From: Octopus vulgaris
Taxonomy: Eukaryota
Reading direction: 5' to 3'
DNA: 64,000 nucleotides
NCBI GenBank assembly: GCA_951406725.2
Contig: OX597821.1
Coordinates: forward strand, 63,860,001 to 63,924,000
Both the position numbers and the translations under genes were made by a program. How positions within the stretch are numbered: position 1 is the first letter of the stretch; every line of letters begins with the position of its first letter. The notes under the pieces are model-generated. The model did not search any database. It was given only the letters and a program-made list of their open reading frames with translations, and had not been told where the DNA came from. Positions 12,937 through 26,459 of this stretch are shown here, piece after piece.

Positions 12937-13199
12937 CTTTCCTCTCCACTCCTTTTCTGCTTGGCACTGACAACTTTATCTGACATGCTAAATAGAACTG
13001 GATGTGGATAGAAATGTTACAGCAAAACAATCAGCTACCTCTTAAATATGGATGACCTAAACTATACGCTACAAATGATAAACAACTGGAAACACTACTA
13101 AAGTCAAGACACCCTATGAATGCTGGAGGGTATATGAGCCGAAACGTTCTGTTAACAACAAACAAGATGAGGACAAATATCTGTCAAATGTAAATAATG
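12400..13199. mobile_element. Inverted dimer of a tRNA-headed element with (AAT)n spacer and HHR-like tail (family D); 12-bp TSD
   Basis: Minus copy 12400-12758 and plus copy 12764-13199 lie head to head; taagagttttaa is duplicated at 12388-12399 and 13200-13211. Confidence 0.85.
12934..13104 (+). mobile_element. R4/Dong-like RT fragment nested after the (AAT)n of the family D right arm
   Basis: Translation LSSPLLFCLALTTLSDMLNRTGCG*KCYSKTISYLLNMDDL / YATNDKQLETLLK; homologous to the 660-830 minus-strand segment. Confidence 0.8.
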
Positions 13200-13229
13200 T
13201 AAGAGTTTTAAGTTCTGCCTTGTCATACA

Positions 13230-13418
13230 CGATGGGGTGCTGAAACGTTTCTGGCTTTCGGTAAAGTGAAATGGTAATTTTATTCAACATATTCCCCTCT
13301 CAGATTCACACACATATTGCAGCGAAACTTCAGTTTTTCTAAGCCTTATAAACGTACTCGGAAAGTTGAGCCTCAAGCCAGGCCTTTCGCGATTCTCTTA
13401 AATCCAGGAACCCCCTCG
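13230..13418. mobile_element. mariner-type MITE remnant
   Basis: cgatggggtgctgaaacgtttctggcttt ... aaatccaggaaccccctcg; same TIR type as 4017-4218. Confidence 0.65.
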
Positions 13419-13984
13419 AATGGTCACTTTTCATACAATATATGACAGTATGTTCACAACCACTAGATTTGACATATACGCCAGAGTATATTTTATTCTC
13501 TCGAGCACACGACAAAATCAGGTTTGTTTTGAATACAGCAGATTCTATCTGCATTGACAGGTAACACCAGCATTTCTTTACTGAAAGTTGTGGAAACTTT
13601 CAGGTTCTTGTTTGCATTTGTCAGATTATCGTGCATATAAGTATGTATAGACACCATATGTGTGTGTGTGTATGTGTGTGTGGGTGTATGTGTGCAAGTA
13701 TTTTTATACATATGTGTCATTGTGCACACATATATATATATATATATATATACATATGTTTAACTGAGTTTAAGGTCATAAGCCTATAAAATTTAGTGAA
13801 GAATTATTGAGAAAACTGTAATATGGGAATAGCATCGAGCGGAAAGTTAAGAGGAGAGAGAAGGGTGCGAAAAGATCGCCAATGAGCAATGAGAAACTCG
13901 CAGTGATCTGGCATGCGTGCCTCAGTGTGTGTGTGTTTGTGTGTGTGTGAGTGTGTATGTGAGTATGCGTGCTTCTCTATGATT

Positions 13985-14036
<52 letters not shown>

Positions 14037-15014
14037 TGATAGAGATATAGATATGCGTATAAGGCTGTATAGCCTGATTCAGTGTAGGAATTATGACAAG
14101 CCAAGATGGTTTATTATGCGCTCGGTGAGCTTTTGTGTAAGTAAAAACAACAAAGATTATGGCTAAAAGCGAAATAAAACTTACTGGAAATCGATAAAGA
14201 AAACTGCGATATAAGTACAGTATCGTGAGGAAAGGGAAAAGAAGAGGGAAAGGTGAGAATTATAAGAAATTGAATACGAAGAGTTGAGTAAAGAAAATAA
14301 GAGAGATTGAGAGCGATGGTTAGAGATAGAAAGTAACAGGGCCAAAGAGGGAGAGAAAGAAAAATATAGAGAATGGTTGGATGAAACTAAAGGCAAAAAG
14401 TAAAGACAAGGAAGAACGCAAAGAAAAAAAAAAGAAGAAATAAACAAACAAATATAGAGATGAACAGATTATTTAAGCTAAGCTTTCGTGCAGTGCTTCA
14501 AAGTCACATTCGTATACTTAAGTGAAGTCCATTCTGACCCTGGAGCTATGTAAAGAAACATGACTAATTAGCCTGTTTTTTCTGCGCATTCATCAACCAT
14601 ACTTGTTTATATGCGTGCTCATAAACTTGCACACATAGACACTGGGGTTCATATCCATATAAGCACACGCATACACATGCACACATAGACATGCAGGTAC
14701 AGAAGCACATAAGCACAGAAACCGACACACATCGTCTCGTAAATTCATAGACTTATGCATACTGAAGCCAATGAAGTCATCTGCGTAATCGTTAATATGC
14801 GAATATTTCTCTCTCTATATATATGAGTATGTGTATGTGTTTGTGTATGTATCTCTATATAGGTATATGTATATATGCATATGTATATGGTTGTATGTAG
14901 GATGGGCTGGATGGTTGGACGGGTGAATGGACATGTATATATATAGGTGTATGTATGTGTGTATATATATATATATAAATATGTACGTATGTATGTATTT
15001 ATGTATATATAGAG

Positions 15015-15240
<226 letters not shown>

Positions 15241-15982
15241 ATAGGCTTATGTTTCTGTATCTGCGGGATATAATTGTGGGAGAGAAAATGCAAACAGTTT
15301 AGTTAGGTGAATACCAAATATTTAAATTTTGGCTGTGTCATATGAAGTTTGCTTTCTAAGAACAGGTTTCTAGGCTCAGTCTCAGTATGTGGCACTTTGG
15401 GCAAGTGTTTTCTACTATAGAATTGGGTAGAGGCTATATTAGAAGCGGATTTGGTCTCTATTCCTTATACCACACTGGTTCAAACTTCGGCATACTGTTT
15501 GGTCGGATACATTCTTTCTAACAGCAGAAGACAGTTCTTAGGACAAAGCGGAACCGGCACGTCGTCCATCATGCAACGTTGGATGTGCCGAATATCACAC
15601 GCAGCTAAAATAGAAGGACGAAATGGACGATGTTTATTGCTTAGCCATCCAGTAGGTTTATATTTCTTAATTACTTACACAACTATGTTTACGCTAATAT
15701 GTATATGTTTGCTAATTAACTTGTATCCTAAATTATTCTTGTGCAAATTAAAAATAATTTACTTCAAATCTTCAGACAATTCTTTTCCATTTGGTGTCAT
15801 TTTAATCACAATGAAGAACATTTTCACCACGGTACACAAATCAGAATTCCTGCAGAAGCAATAAAAACGACCGGTGCTAAAATTCCAGGAGAAATACTTT
15901 ATTACAATTGAAATTGTCAGCTATATCTTAATTTAGCAGAAAAAAAGTGGAAACAAATATTAAATATAGCAAATCTCCTTTA

Positions 15983-16194
15983 GGGTGTACACATTTATGT
16001 AACGTTTGAAGATTAATATTTTGTTCATATCTTTGAAAGTGTTAATTGTTTTGTGTTCCAAGTTTGGGTAATGTTTGCATGTATAATATATTTTATTCAG
16101 TATAGATTTCGTCTGATTTCCTTCGATATTATTAGAGTAATGGCAATTCTACTGAAATTTTTGGCGGGTGTACATACTTCTGTTAGATACTATA
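15983..16194. mobile_element. Single end of a Tc1-like transposon (IR/DR-type)
   Basis: Reverse complement of 16166-16194 is TA-tagtatctaacagaagtatgtacaccc, resembling Tc1 TIRs (CAGTATCTCACAAAAGTGAGTACACCC from memory); inner direct repeat gggtgtacacatttatg at 15983. Confidence 0.6.
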
Positions 16195-16215
16195 TGGGTG
16201 TGTGTGTATGTATGC

Positions 16216-16277
<62 letters not shown>

Positions 16278-16774
16278 CAAGCGTTAAATATTTAAATTTG
16301 GGGAAAATTCATCCAAGGTATAATTTAAAAAACACAGAAAGTATAGCCAGAGAAACATGTATCCTTCCTTTAGACATTTTCAATGTGTTTCTGGAATGTG
16401 TAATGATATAAGACCTTGAAGATTTTGCGAAGCAAACTCTAACTCAGTGACAAAAAATTCATTATTTTCGTTGTATAGATGTTATCGTTCTTCTATGCTA
16501 ATATCACTAATTCAAATATTTAACACATGTAGATATAGCAGGAAAACGACTTCGAATGTAAATATCTACTGAAATATTGCTGATGAAACAATAAAAATAT
16601 ACAGTAAATGAAATTTAAATATTGGCGACATCTCTCGAACAATCAGGTGGATTCATACATAGAAAAGAGCAATAACAGGAAGTAAGAGATGAAATGAAAA
16701 TGTAAAATTTGGGATTGTAACATCTACAATGGCCATCGCAAACTTAGAATTGTTTGGAAAAATATATATCATTT

Positions 16775-16987
16775 ATTTATTTTATTCACTGAACTACAGA
16801 CAAGCTGGCGTACCACACCGAATGGTTTAGTCAAACAAATCTACCCCAGGACTTATATTTTTAAGAGTGGTATTTATTCTATCGGTTTTTATTGCAGAAC
16901 GGCTAAGTTATAGGGACGTAAGCATCGATTGTCAAACATAGGTGGGAGACAATTTCATACTCATAGACATACACATTGATATATATG

Positions 16988-17021
<34 letters not shown>

Positions 17022-17073
17022 TACGACGAGCTTCTATTAGTTTCTGTCAACTAAAAATCCACTCACGAGGTTT
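16775..17073 (-). mobile_element. SINE family A, 3' two-thirds, degenerate
   Basis: Aligns by eye to 1270-1555 and stops at the LINE fragment. Confidence 0.75.
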
Positions 17074-17760
17074 TATTGCAAGAGGCCTCTGATGTTCATC
17101 AGTAGAATTGGTGTGATGGATGACTCGGCGGCAGTGGTCGCCATCCTAGGTCCATTAATTGTGGTGGTCTTGTGTGTGGGTGTACATGGTTTAATTTCGT
17201 TTGTAGCCATGATAATTGCTGCATTATCGCTTGTGCGATACTTAAAAAATATCGCTGCTCGGCTGCTGCAGTTCGCACTGCATCTGCGCACAGCTATTTG
17301 GTAGTGTTTTTGTAGGTGTGCACAGTGATGTGGACTTTTCTGGGCGTGGGTGCTTATCCTGAAAACCAGGTGGAGAGTGGTAACTGCTGCGCCTGCGCAT
17401 TCTATCTTGCATACGCTTTGGATGTACAAAGCGGCAGTGTCTCCCCTTCTCTCCATGCCAGCAGTCCCCTTTTATGTAGAATTTACAGGTTGCGTTTATG
17501 TGTTTAGCCTCTGGTTTGAACTCTGTTGCATCTGACTTGCGGCTGGTTCCTCTAGTTGGCTGCCGCGTTGGGAGAGGGAGTTGGGGTCGCTTCTCTTGAT
17601 AGATTTGCGATGGTTTTCTTGCTCCTCTTCAATTTCCACATTACTGCGATTACTCTCATTAATTTAATTTCTGCGAACACTGACTTCAAGTATGTAATTG
17701 CAGCCAATAACTCGGGCTCCTTTTATTGAGCCTGGTCGCTGTTCATTTATTTTCGTTCAG
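17074..17760 (-). mobile_element. LINE ORF1/ORF2 junction remnant (CCCH zinc finger + start of APE endonuclease)
   Basis: Minus 17487-17419 reads CKFYIKGDCWHGEKGRHCRFVHP; downstream ILLMNIRGL resembles the first APE motif (N-x-R-G-L). Confidence 0.65.
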
Positions 17761-18194
17761 TGTCTGGTGGCCCTCTTAGAGTTGCCCTGAGTCAAGAAAT
17801 ATAATTCGTAGAAAACGTTCTCTCAACACCGTTCACGCACGCCTAAAATCAATAAAAGAAAAAATGTATATGTGCGCATGTGTGCGCATGTGCGTGTGTA
17901 ATCATACAGACATCTGTGTGTGTATGTGACGGTGTATGCGCAAATATAGATGGATGCGTGTATGTACATACGCCGATTGGCACGCGTGTATATATAAGTG
18001 AGCGTGTCCATGTGTATATGAGTGTGTAGTTGTATTTGTCTATATAGGCGGGGATGTGAATTGATAGGATGCGGAATGTGTACCCGTACGTATGTATGTA
18101 CATGTGTGTGTTTTTGTGCGTGTGTGAGGGCATGTGTGTGAATATATACACGCGCACAAGCACATATGTGTTTATATATGTGTGTGTCGGTGTA

Positions 18195-18925
18195 AGCATC
18201 CACCACGTCTAATGACGAGAATCATACTCCCACCAAAATTCTTGAACATGCCGTCAGGCTTGACTGTCACAGCCACCCACCCTGACCATAACTTTCCTCG
18301 CTTCACCAAATGTGTGTCAACTACTAGCAACACACTACGGGCATATAACTTGAGCGAAAACGAAATTTAAATCTTATAACTTTTGAAGCATGTTACTTCA
18401 CCTGATGAGCTCCTCTGTACTCTGCATTGCATCTGGTGGTCTAAATAAAGCTTGTAATTTCACTCCGTCTTCCATATCAATCGTTTAAAATATGCCCAAC
18501 GTGCACCTAGGAATTCCTGACGTTAATCCAGCGACGAAAGCGCAGTAATGCGGTAAACGCCTGGCAGTCATAAGTAGTGATCGTGCTCTGCACGTACACT
18601 ACGTGGGACTTATCCGAAACAAGGTTTGGATACTGCATTTTAACGTCTCCTTTCTAAACCTTAATTTTTAACTTTTACTTAAACTTATATATAACTTATA
18701 TATTCTTAACTTAAAAGTTAAAAATTAAAGTTTAGAAAGGAGACATTAATATGCAGTGGTAAATTGTAAGACATAACTGTCACCATTATTACATGAACCT
18801 GAAGATAGTATAGTTTAATGCATGAAAGTACTAGTTCAATCAGGATGGACATTTAATATTTTATCATCTCAAAATATTATTATAAGATTGTAAATAAAAC
18901 GTGTAAATCAAAGTTGGAATTTTTT
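18195..18925 (+). mobile_element. PLE remnant with internal inverted repeat (18632-18682 / 18706-18757) and HHR
   Basis: ~50-bp inverted arms, then an intact HHR at 18794, then a tail into (TA)n. Weak upstream GIY-YIG C-terminal-like peptide (ILEHA...LITFEACY) and a decayed second HHR near 18510-18565. Confidence 0.6.
18794..18838 (+). ncRNA. Minimal type I hammerhead ribozyme, intact core
   Basis: tgaac-CTGAAGA-tagtatagtttaatgcat-GAAA-gtac-TA-gttca: perfect 5-bp stem I and palindromic GUAC tetraloop on a 1-bp stem III, the PLE minimal-HHR signature. Confidence 0.88.
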
Positions 18926-18962
18926 TGAGTAATATATGTATATATATGTATATATTTATATA

Positions 18963-19026
<64 letters not shown>

Positions 19027-19062
19027 CATACATATATACATATATACATATATATATATATG

Positions 19063-19093
<31 letters not shown>

Positions 19094-19299
19094 ATATATA
19101 TATATATATATAAATATGTGTATATATATATATATGTATATATATTTATATATGTATATATATATATATATAATTATAACAATGAGGGTCTTTGCAACAA
19201 GTTGCTAGACCACATACCGAAATTATTACAAATAGCAGCCAGAGGACTGTTATTTCTTTTACTACAAAAATATGTCCCCACAGACAACAGTATTGATTA

Positions 19300-19352
<53 letters not shown>

Positions 19353-19825
19353 GCAGTTATCTTTTTCTTCATTCAAATACGAGGATTTGCTCGACAAGGG
19401 TCATTCCTAGAAGCCACTTGCGCAAAATTCCGTGCGCTGAGATGGAACCCGATACCGCTTGGTTGCAAAGCTAACTCTCTCGCTACATAGTCATTTCTGC
19501 GCCGATTTCATCATTTTGATATTAGTTAAGCTTAAATATAAATCTTATCTGGCTTAATGAAGAAAAAAATGCATATGAAACAAACATTTGAAAATGACGC
19601 CTGGTAACATCATGAAATCACTACACCTACGTTGTTATAAATATTTTCTTATGTTTCCCATAATAAGAGACATTGCTCTATGTCTTTATTTGAAGCAGAT
19701 GTTTGGTCTGAGTCTGCGTATCTCTAAGGTATCAAAAATAAATTGAGTTGTTCTATATTTTATTCCATTAAAATTTGGAAACAGTGGTTTAAGTTAATAA
19801 TTAAACTTTTAATATTATATAAGTG

Positions 19826-20045
19826 CGAGGGCGGTGTGGTAGCAGAATGGAGCCCGAGCCGGTAAAAGCGTTTAACAGCATTCCATCCATCTTTACGTTC
19901 TCGGTTCAAATTCTTCCGAAGTCGACTTTGCCCTTCATTCTTTAGAGGTCGATGATATAAAAACCATTTGATATCTAGTGTTAATGTAATCGACTTACTT
20001 CCAGCCCAAACATGCTGGCCGGAGCCAAAATTTGAAACCAACATC
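19826..20045 (+). mobile_element. SINE family B copy (head ggcggcgagctggcagaa..., central gtcgactttgcctttcatcctttcggggtcgataaa)
   Basis: Degenerate match to 59678-59895; other decayed copies at about 23722-23925, 24105-24540, 41595-41780, 46437-46920, 50570-50800, 51840-52050 and 55645-56095. Confidence 0.8.
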
Positions 20046-20057
20046 ATGTGTGTGTAA

Positions 20058-20116
<59 letters not shown>

Positions 20117-20344
20117 AAGGCTTCAATCTATTTGATACCTAAGAGTTTAACAGTTAATACTCGTTTGACTGGTCACACAGACGATTTGTAAAATCTGCCC
20201 AATGTTTCGGAAATCATGATCGCAAAATGTTGGTGCAAAGGTTTCTCACAACATCAACGAACCACATACCTCATGTTTTTCTGTTTGAGTTTTCCATCTC
20301 TTAGCTCAGTTTTCTTCGCCGTGGTTTAGGGTCTAACCTCGCTC

Positions 20345-20862
<518 letters not shown>

Positions 20863-21357
20863 AATATAAAAATTTATTCAACAATTGTTTCGTAACTTAG
20901 TAAAGCATGTATTTTTATTAAGTAATAAATTTCTTATGTCTGAATTAATATAAACTATCGTATCTAATAATGTATCTATTAAGCTAGCTCTTCGGATTAA
21001 AAGAAATCCATTAAAAAAAAATAATCCTTTTTTACGTGTACTACCGGATTAAATGAATCCATATATTATGACTCAAATTTGGATCGAAATGATAATTTAT
21101 TCCGCCATTCATCAAGCTGACCGTGTGTCAGTTGTCTTTGAGCAGATAAAGTTTAAACAAGTGACGCTGGTAAAGAAGAAGGAAAGAAGAAAACTATGGG
21201 GTAGGTAACCAACGTTACGATAATTCGATGTCAAGCAGATGTAAACCGGTTTACTATGTGTCCAGTGGTCTACTTTTATATTCTGACAAGATGTATTTCT
21301 TAAAATATGGACATGCAAAAAAAAATCTCATTCCTCGAATAAATGTATTCGTTAGAC

Positions 21358-21396
<39 letters not shown>

Positions 21397-21458
21397 TAGA
21401 CAGAAAGACAGACAGAAAGACAGAAAGACAGAAAGACAGACAGACAGATAGATCGATC

Positions 21459-21537
<79 letters not shown>

Positions 21538-22669
21538 GTGTTTCTTTATTAGCCACACAGGGCTGCACACAGATAGAACAAATTACAGATAGATAGATAG
21601 ATAGATACATCACGTAACTGGGTAGCCTTAAGCAGGTATTGTTTTTCTTCAGGCAGTGGGGTGCGAAATCAACCGTACATACCAAGCAGAATTCTGCTTC
21701 TATTTTAGTCTCCGACACCACCCCACCATCATACGATATGCACATATATGTAAGCATGAATAGAGGTAGATAAATAGAAGAGCGCATATTTCTTTTTTTT
21801 TTATTCTGATACAGTTTGCGTATGCTTTACTGTTATTTAACTAAGGCACACATTTCGGTTATTACTCATTTTACTATTTATTAATTATATGATTGATCAT
21901 TTGCAGTTGTCATTAGCATCATGTTATGGCTTTAACAGAAGAATTTTCATAGTACTATAAACAATTTTCAAGAAGACCGTCCATTATTTAGTTAATTAAA
22001 TAAAACACGACCGGGTCTCGTTGAAGACATTTGAGCAAGAAACAAAAATAGACACACACACACACACACTCACAGAAGCATGCACACGTACACGCACATA
22101 CATATTTGAATACATATGTAAATTGATATATACACAGATATGTATATGTATGCTTGTATGTGTATGTTGATATGTATGTATTTTACGGATAGTGGAAATG
22201 TGTGCTAGCGTATGTGTATGGGCGGGCACAGGGGAGATTGAGGGATTAGGACAGAGTAAGTTATATAGTGTCTGTTTGTAGAAGTACTTAGTTATTCATC
22301 GATTTACCGCTGAATGTGTTTTTCGTTTCCATGTCATCAATCCACCATTTTCCAATTTATTGACTACGCCCGGATATTGCATGTATAATGATTTATTGAA
22401 GTGAAATGGTTTACTGTGATAACGCAAAACAGACTTTTATTCACGCATACACGAACATATATATAAACACGCATACACAAATACACAGAAACGCACGCTC
22501 ATGCATGCATTCATACACATGCGTACATACATACACGTGTGTGTATGTATGTATGTACGTATGTATGCATGCTGTTTCTAAATTTATGCGTACGTGCATG
22601 CAATTAAGTATGCGCACATGCAAACTTACATATGTACATGTGTTCATAACTGTATGTATTTGAGTACAT

Positions 22670-22687
22670 CTCCATTATCATCATCAT

Positions 22688-22719
<32 letters not shown>

Positions 22720-22746
22720 TTACTAATAGTGATGATGTTGATGATG

Positions 22747-22810
<64 letters not shown>

Positions 22811-22882
22811 TAATAATACCAGTACTACTGCCATTATTATTATTTTTATCGTTATCATCATCACTACCACTACTACCACCAC

Positions 22883-22913
<31 letters not shown>

Positions 22914-23006
22914 TTCATTTTATCATCATCATTATTATTATTTTCATTTTATCATCATCATTATTATTTTATTATTATTATCATTATTATTATTATTATT
23001 ATTGTT

Positions 23007-23062
<56 letters not shown>
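22670..23062. repeat. Compound trinucleotide microsatellite (TAC/AAT/ATT)n
   Basis: Direct reading. Confidence 0.95.
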
Positions 23063-23066
<4 letters not shown>

Positions 23067-24692
23067 CGCAACACGAAAATTGTCAAGATGTGACTAGATA
23101 GAAATTGCACCATGCAGATTATGTGCCTGGACGGAAACCATTTCAGCAGGAGTCGTGCTTAAGCATTTATTCAAAGATGCCACTGGCATTTGGATTAGGT
23201 TAATATTCCATAAAATCGCGTAATATTCACGACACTGAGTTCCTGTTCAAATTTATTTTACCCCAAACCATTTGTTTGCACCTCCCTTGTTTACAGTTAC
23301 CGTTTCTGATTTTCTTCCCATTTTCCTCACACTCGGAATTGGAAATGACTGAAGTTTAACCATATTCCTTATTAGTTTTCAAGCACAAAGCGGAAACAAT
23401 ATTGCATATTTAAGATCTTTTAGGCATGAATTTTATACATTTTTGCAGATCCATGTAAACTGGATAATTAATTAAACTATTCTGTTATTGATTTATAATA
23501 CTGAAGTTCATTAAAGATTCCTTGGTGTGTTTGTTTCTTTGAATTTTTATCGCTTATTTAAAGAAGGAATTGTGACGCCGATGATGATTTTAAAAATATG
23601 AGGAATTGACGAAATTAAGCTTAGAGCGTAGACTCACGTTCAATGCTTGCGATGTAACGGACTCTAACAAAAGCAACCAAGAGCCAGCTGGTGATAATGG
23701 TGGTATTTCTCTAAGAGGTAAGTCGGCAAGCTGGTAGAGTCGTTAACATGTCGGAAAAATGCTTAGAGGCGCTTCGTCTGTCTTTACGTTCTGAGTTCAA
23801 ATTCTACAGTAGTCTACTTTGCCTTTCATTCTTTCGTGGTCAATAAAATAAGTACCAGTTGCGCACTGGGATCAATGTAATTGATTTATTTCTCCTCCAA
23901 TGTTTCATTCTCAGAAACTTGAAACATTAAAAGATAAAAAAGATTATAATCTTGTAAATATATATATATATATATTGGATAGAATCAAATACTCTTCTCA
24001 CATTTCATCTCAGAAATAACATGGGAAGTCCAACATGATCAAAAATAAAAACAGAATAGAATTATAACTAAATTTTCTGATGTATTTATAATCTGCAAAA
24101 AGGCAAAAATGTGGCAGAATCGTTAGGGTGTTGGATGATATACTTAACAGCGTTTCTTCCAACTGTTTGCTTTTCCGAGTTCAAATTCCGCTAATCTCAA
24201 TTTTGGTTTCCATCATGTGGGGGACGATAAAACAAATAAAGACTGAGCACTAGATTTTATGTAAGCAGTTCCCTTCCCCACAAAATTGCACAGCTTGTAA
24301 CAAATATTAGAAAGGATCATCATCTAAAAATCCTTTCCATGTCTAACGAAATACTTAACAATATTTCTTCAAGATCTTTGTATCTCGAGTTCAAATTCTG
24401 CTGAGGTTGATTTTTTTTAAACCTTTTATCATTTCGAAGTCGATAAAATAATTATCAATCAAGTAATGGTGTCCATGTAATCGATTTTCCCCTCCCTTCA
24501 AAATTGCTAGCACTGTGCCAAAAATTAGAAAGTGTTATTACCTGTAAAAGAAAATCGGCGGATTGGTTGAGCCCTTAGATTATTAAAGTCCCAATAAAGT
24601 AATTGAAGTTGGTGGGATCGATTTCCCGCTCATGTCAAACTTGCTAGCTTTGCGTCTAAATCAGAAACCCTTCTTATCTGTGATATTATAAT

Positions 24693-25088
24693 ATTTTCTA
24701 CTACAGGCACAAGGCCTGGATTTTATGGAGAGAGGACAATCGATCTCATCGGCCCCAGAACTCAACTGGTACTTGATTTATCGACCCCGAAATGATGAAA
24801 AGCAAAGTCAACCTTGGCGGAATTTGAAATCAGAACGCAAAGACGAGCGAAATACCTATTTCTTTGCTACCCACAAGGGGCTAAACACAGAGGGAACAAA
24901 CAAGGAGAGACAAACGGATTAAGTCGATTATATCGGCCCCAGTGCGTAACTGGTACTTATTTAATCGACCCCGAATGAATGAAAGGGAAAGTCGACCTCG
25001 GCGGAATTTGAACTCAGAACGTAGCAGCAGACGAAATACCGCTTAGCATTTAGCCCGGCGTGCTAACCATTCTACCAGCTCACCGCCT
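24693..25088 (-). mobile_element. Dimeric SINE family B (long-tail unit + truncated second unit) with 19-bp TSD
   Basis: ttatctgtgatattataat at 24674-24692 vs ttatctacgatattataat at 25089-25107. Confidence 0.85.
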
Positions 25089-25624
25089 TTATCTACGATA
25101 TTATAATGGAATGTAAAACCCATATTTTTCAGTTTGAGAAAAAATAACTCAGCTTTTAATGGATTTTAATTCCATTTAACATGAAGCCCTACATATTTCC
25201 GGCTTACCGTATTTTCTGATATGCAAGTTGAATCTTTCAGACCGAACTTTACAGCAAAAACAAGGTGTCGAGGCGAAAACCAGGGCTTAAACAACACATC
25301 ATTTTCTTACGGTGCAGAATGATATGAAGTAGAAATTTAAATACATTTTCAATAATTGCCTCCTTACTGAGATACAGTATCGGACAGCTAAATAATTAGG
25401 TAACTCTACAGAAAGTTCGGATGTTGTTAAGTAAGAAATATTATTCCATCTGACTAGAAAAATATCCGGAATATAATAAGATATACATTAACAATGTGGA
25501 ACACCTACGTAACTTTTCTTGTTTACTAATAATGCTAGAATCAATATATGTGAGTGTATGCGTGTATATATATATATGTGAGTGTGTGTTTATGTATGTG
25601 GATATATACACACAAACACGCACA

Positions 25625-25733
<109 letters not shown>

Positions 25734-25744
25734 TGAGTGAGAGA

Positions 25745-25925
25745 GAGAATTTACAAGAAAAAAACAAGACAAACACGTGTGTGTAAACAACAAACAGATG
25801 TTTTAGTTTAACACTCGGGAAAGTGAGAAAAAGTATTTTACGTTTCGAGCCTATGTTCTTCGACAGAAAGGAACATAAAAATAAACAGGGAGAGAAAATA
25901 GAAAAAGGTTTAGTAGCTAACGATA
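25745..25925 (-). mobile_element. PLE pseudo-LTR-like fragment with HHR-like core
   Basis: Minus strand ttt-CTGTCGA-a-gaac atag gctc-GAAA-cgt...gtg-TT-aaa; same layout as 6680-6886. Confidence 0.55.
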
Positions 25926-26180
25926 AAGAGACAGAAAGACAGACGGACAGACAGACAGACAGAAATCATAGAATTCTGCTTTCGATCCCTGGGATGGGTG
26001 GTGCATTGAGTCTTTCAACAAAATATTTCATTCCACTTTCTCTCAGTTCACTTAGCTAACAACAATGAGTATTCCTGCAATGAACTGTTGTCCCTCATGA
26101 CGGTGAGGGTGGAATATATGCGTCAAAGAATTTGATAAAACGGTCTTATGAGTCCATGGACTCAGGGAAGGACCTTTGAT

Positions 26181-26220
<40 letters not shown>

Positions 26221-26459
26221 TAATAATAAAATATTAGGGAATAAATCCAAACTTACAGGGAAAAATCAGATTTAGGATTAAATTCAATTTTATAATATAA
26301 ATATATTATATTATATTATAATAAATTAGAGATAAAACCACTATTAGGCAATTCAAACAATGAAAAACATATTAATTAAATTAATTTTATGTATTAGCTT
26401 ATGTTTTTCATTGTTTGATTTGCCTAATAGTGGTTTTATCTCTAATTTATTATAATATA

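Noticed and set aside
16572-16630. CTGATGA...GAAA tttaaa TA hammerhead-like boxes
   Set aside because: Stems I and II do not pair; could be chance in AT-rich DNA.
25206-25315. Second Tigger-like MITE (taccgtattttc...)
   Set aside because: The opposite TIR is too poorly matched.
26149-26164. 16-bp palindrome tgagtccatggactca
   Set aside because: Falls in the tail of an old family C SINE copy (about 25965-26170); no independent support.
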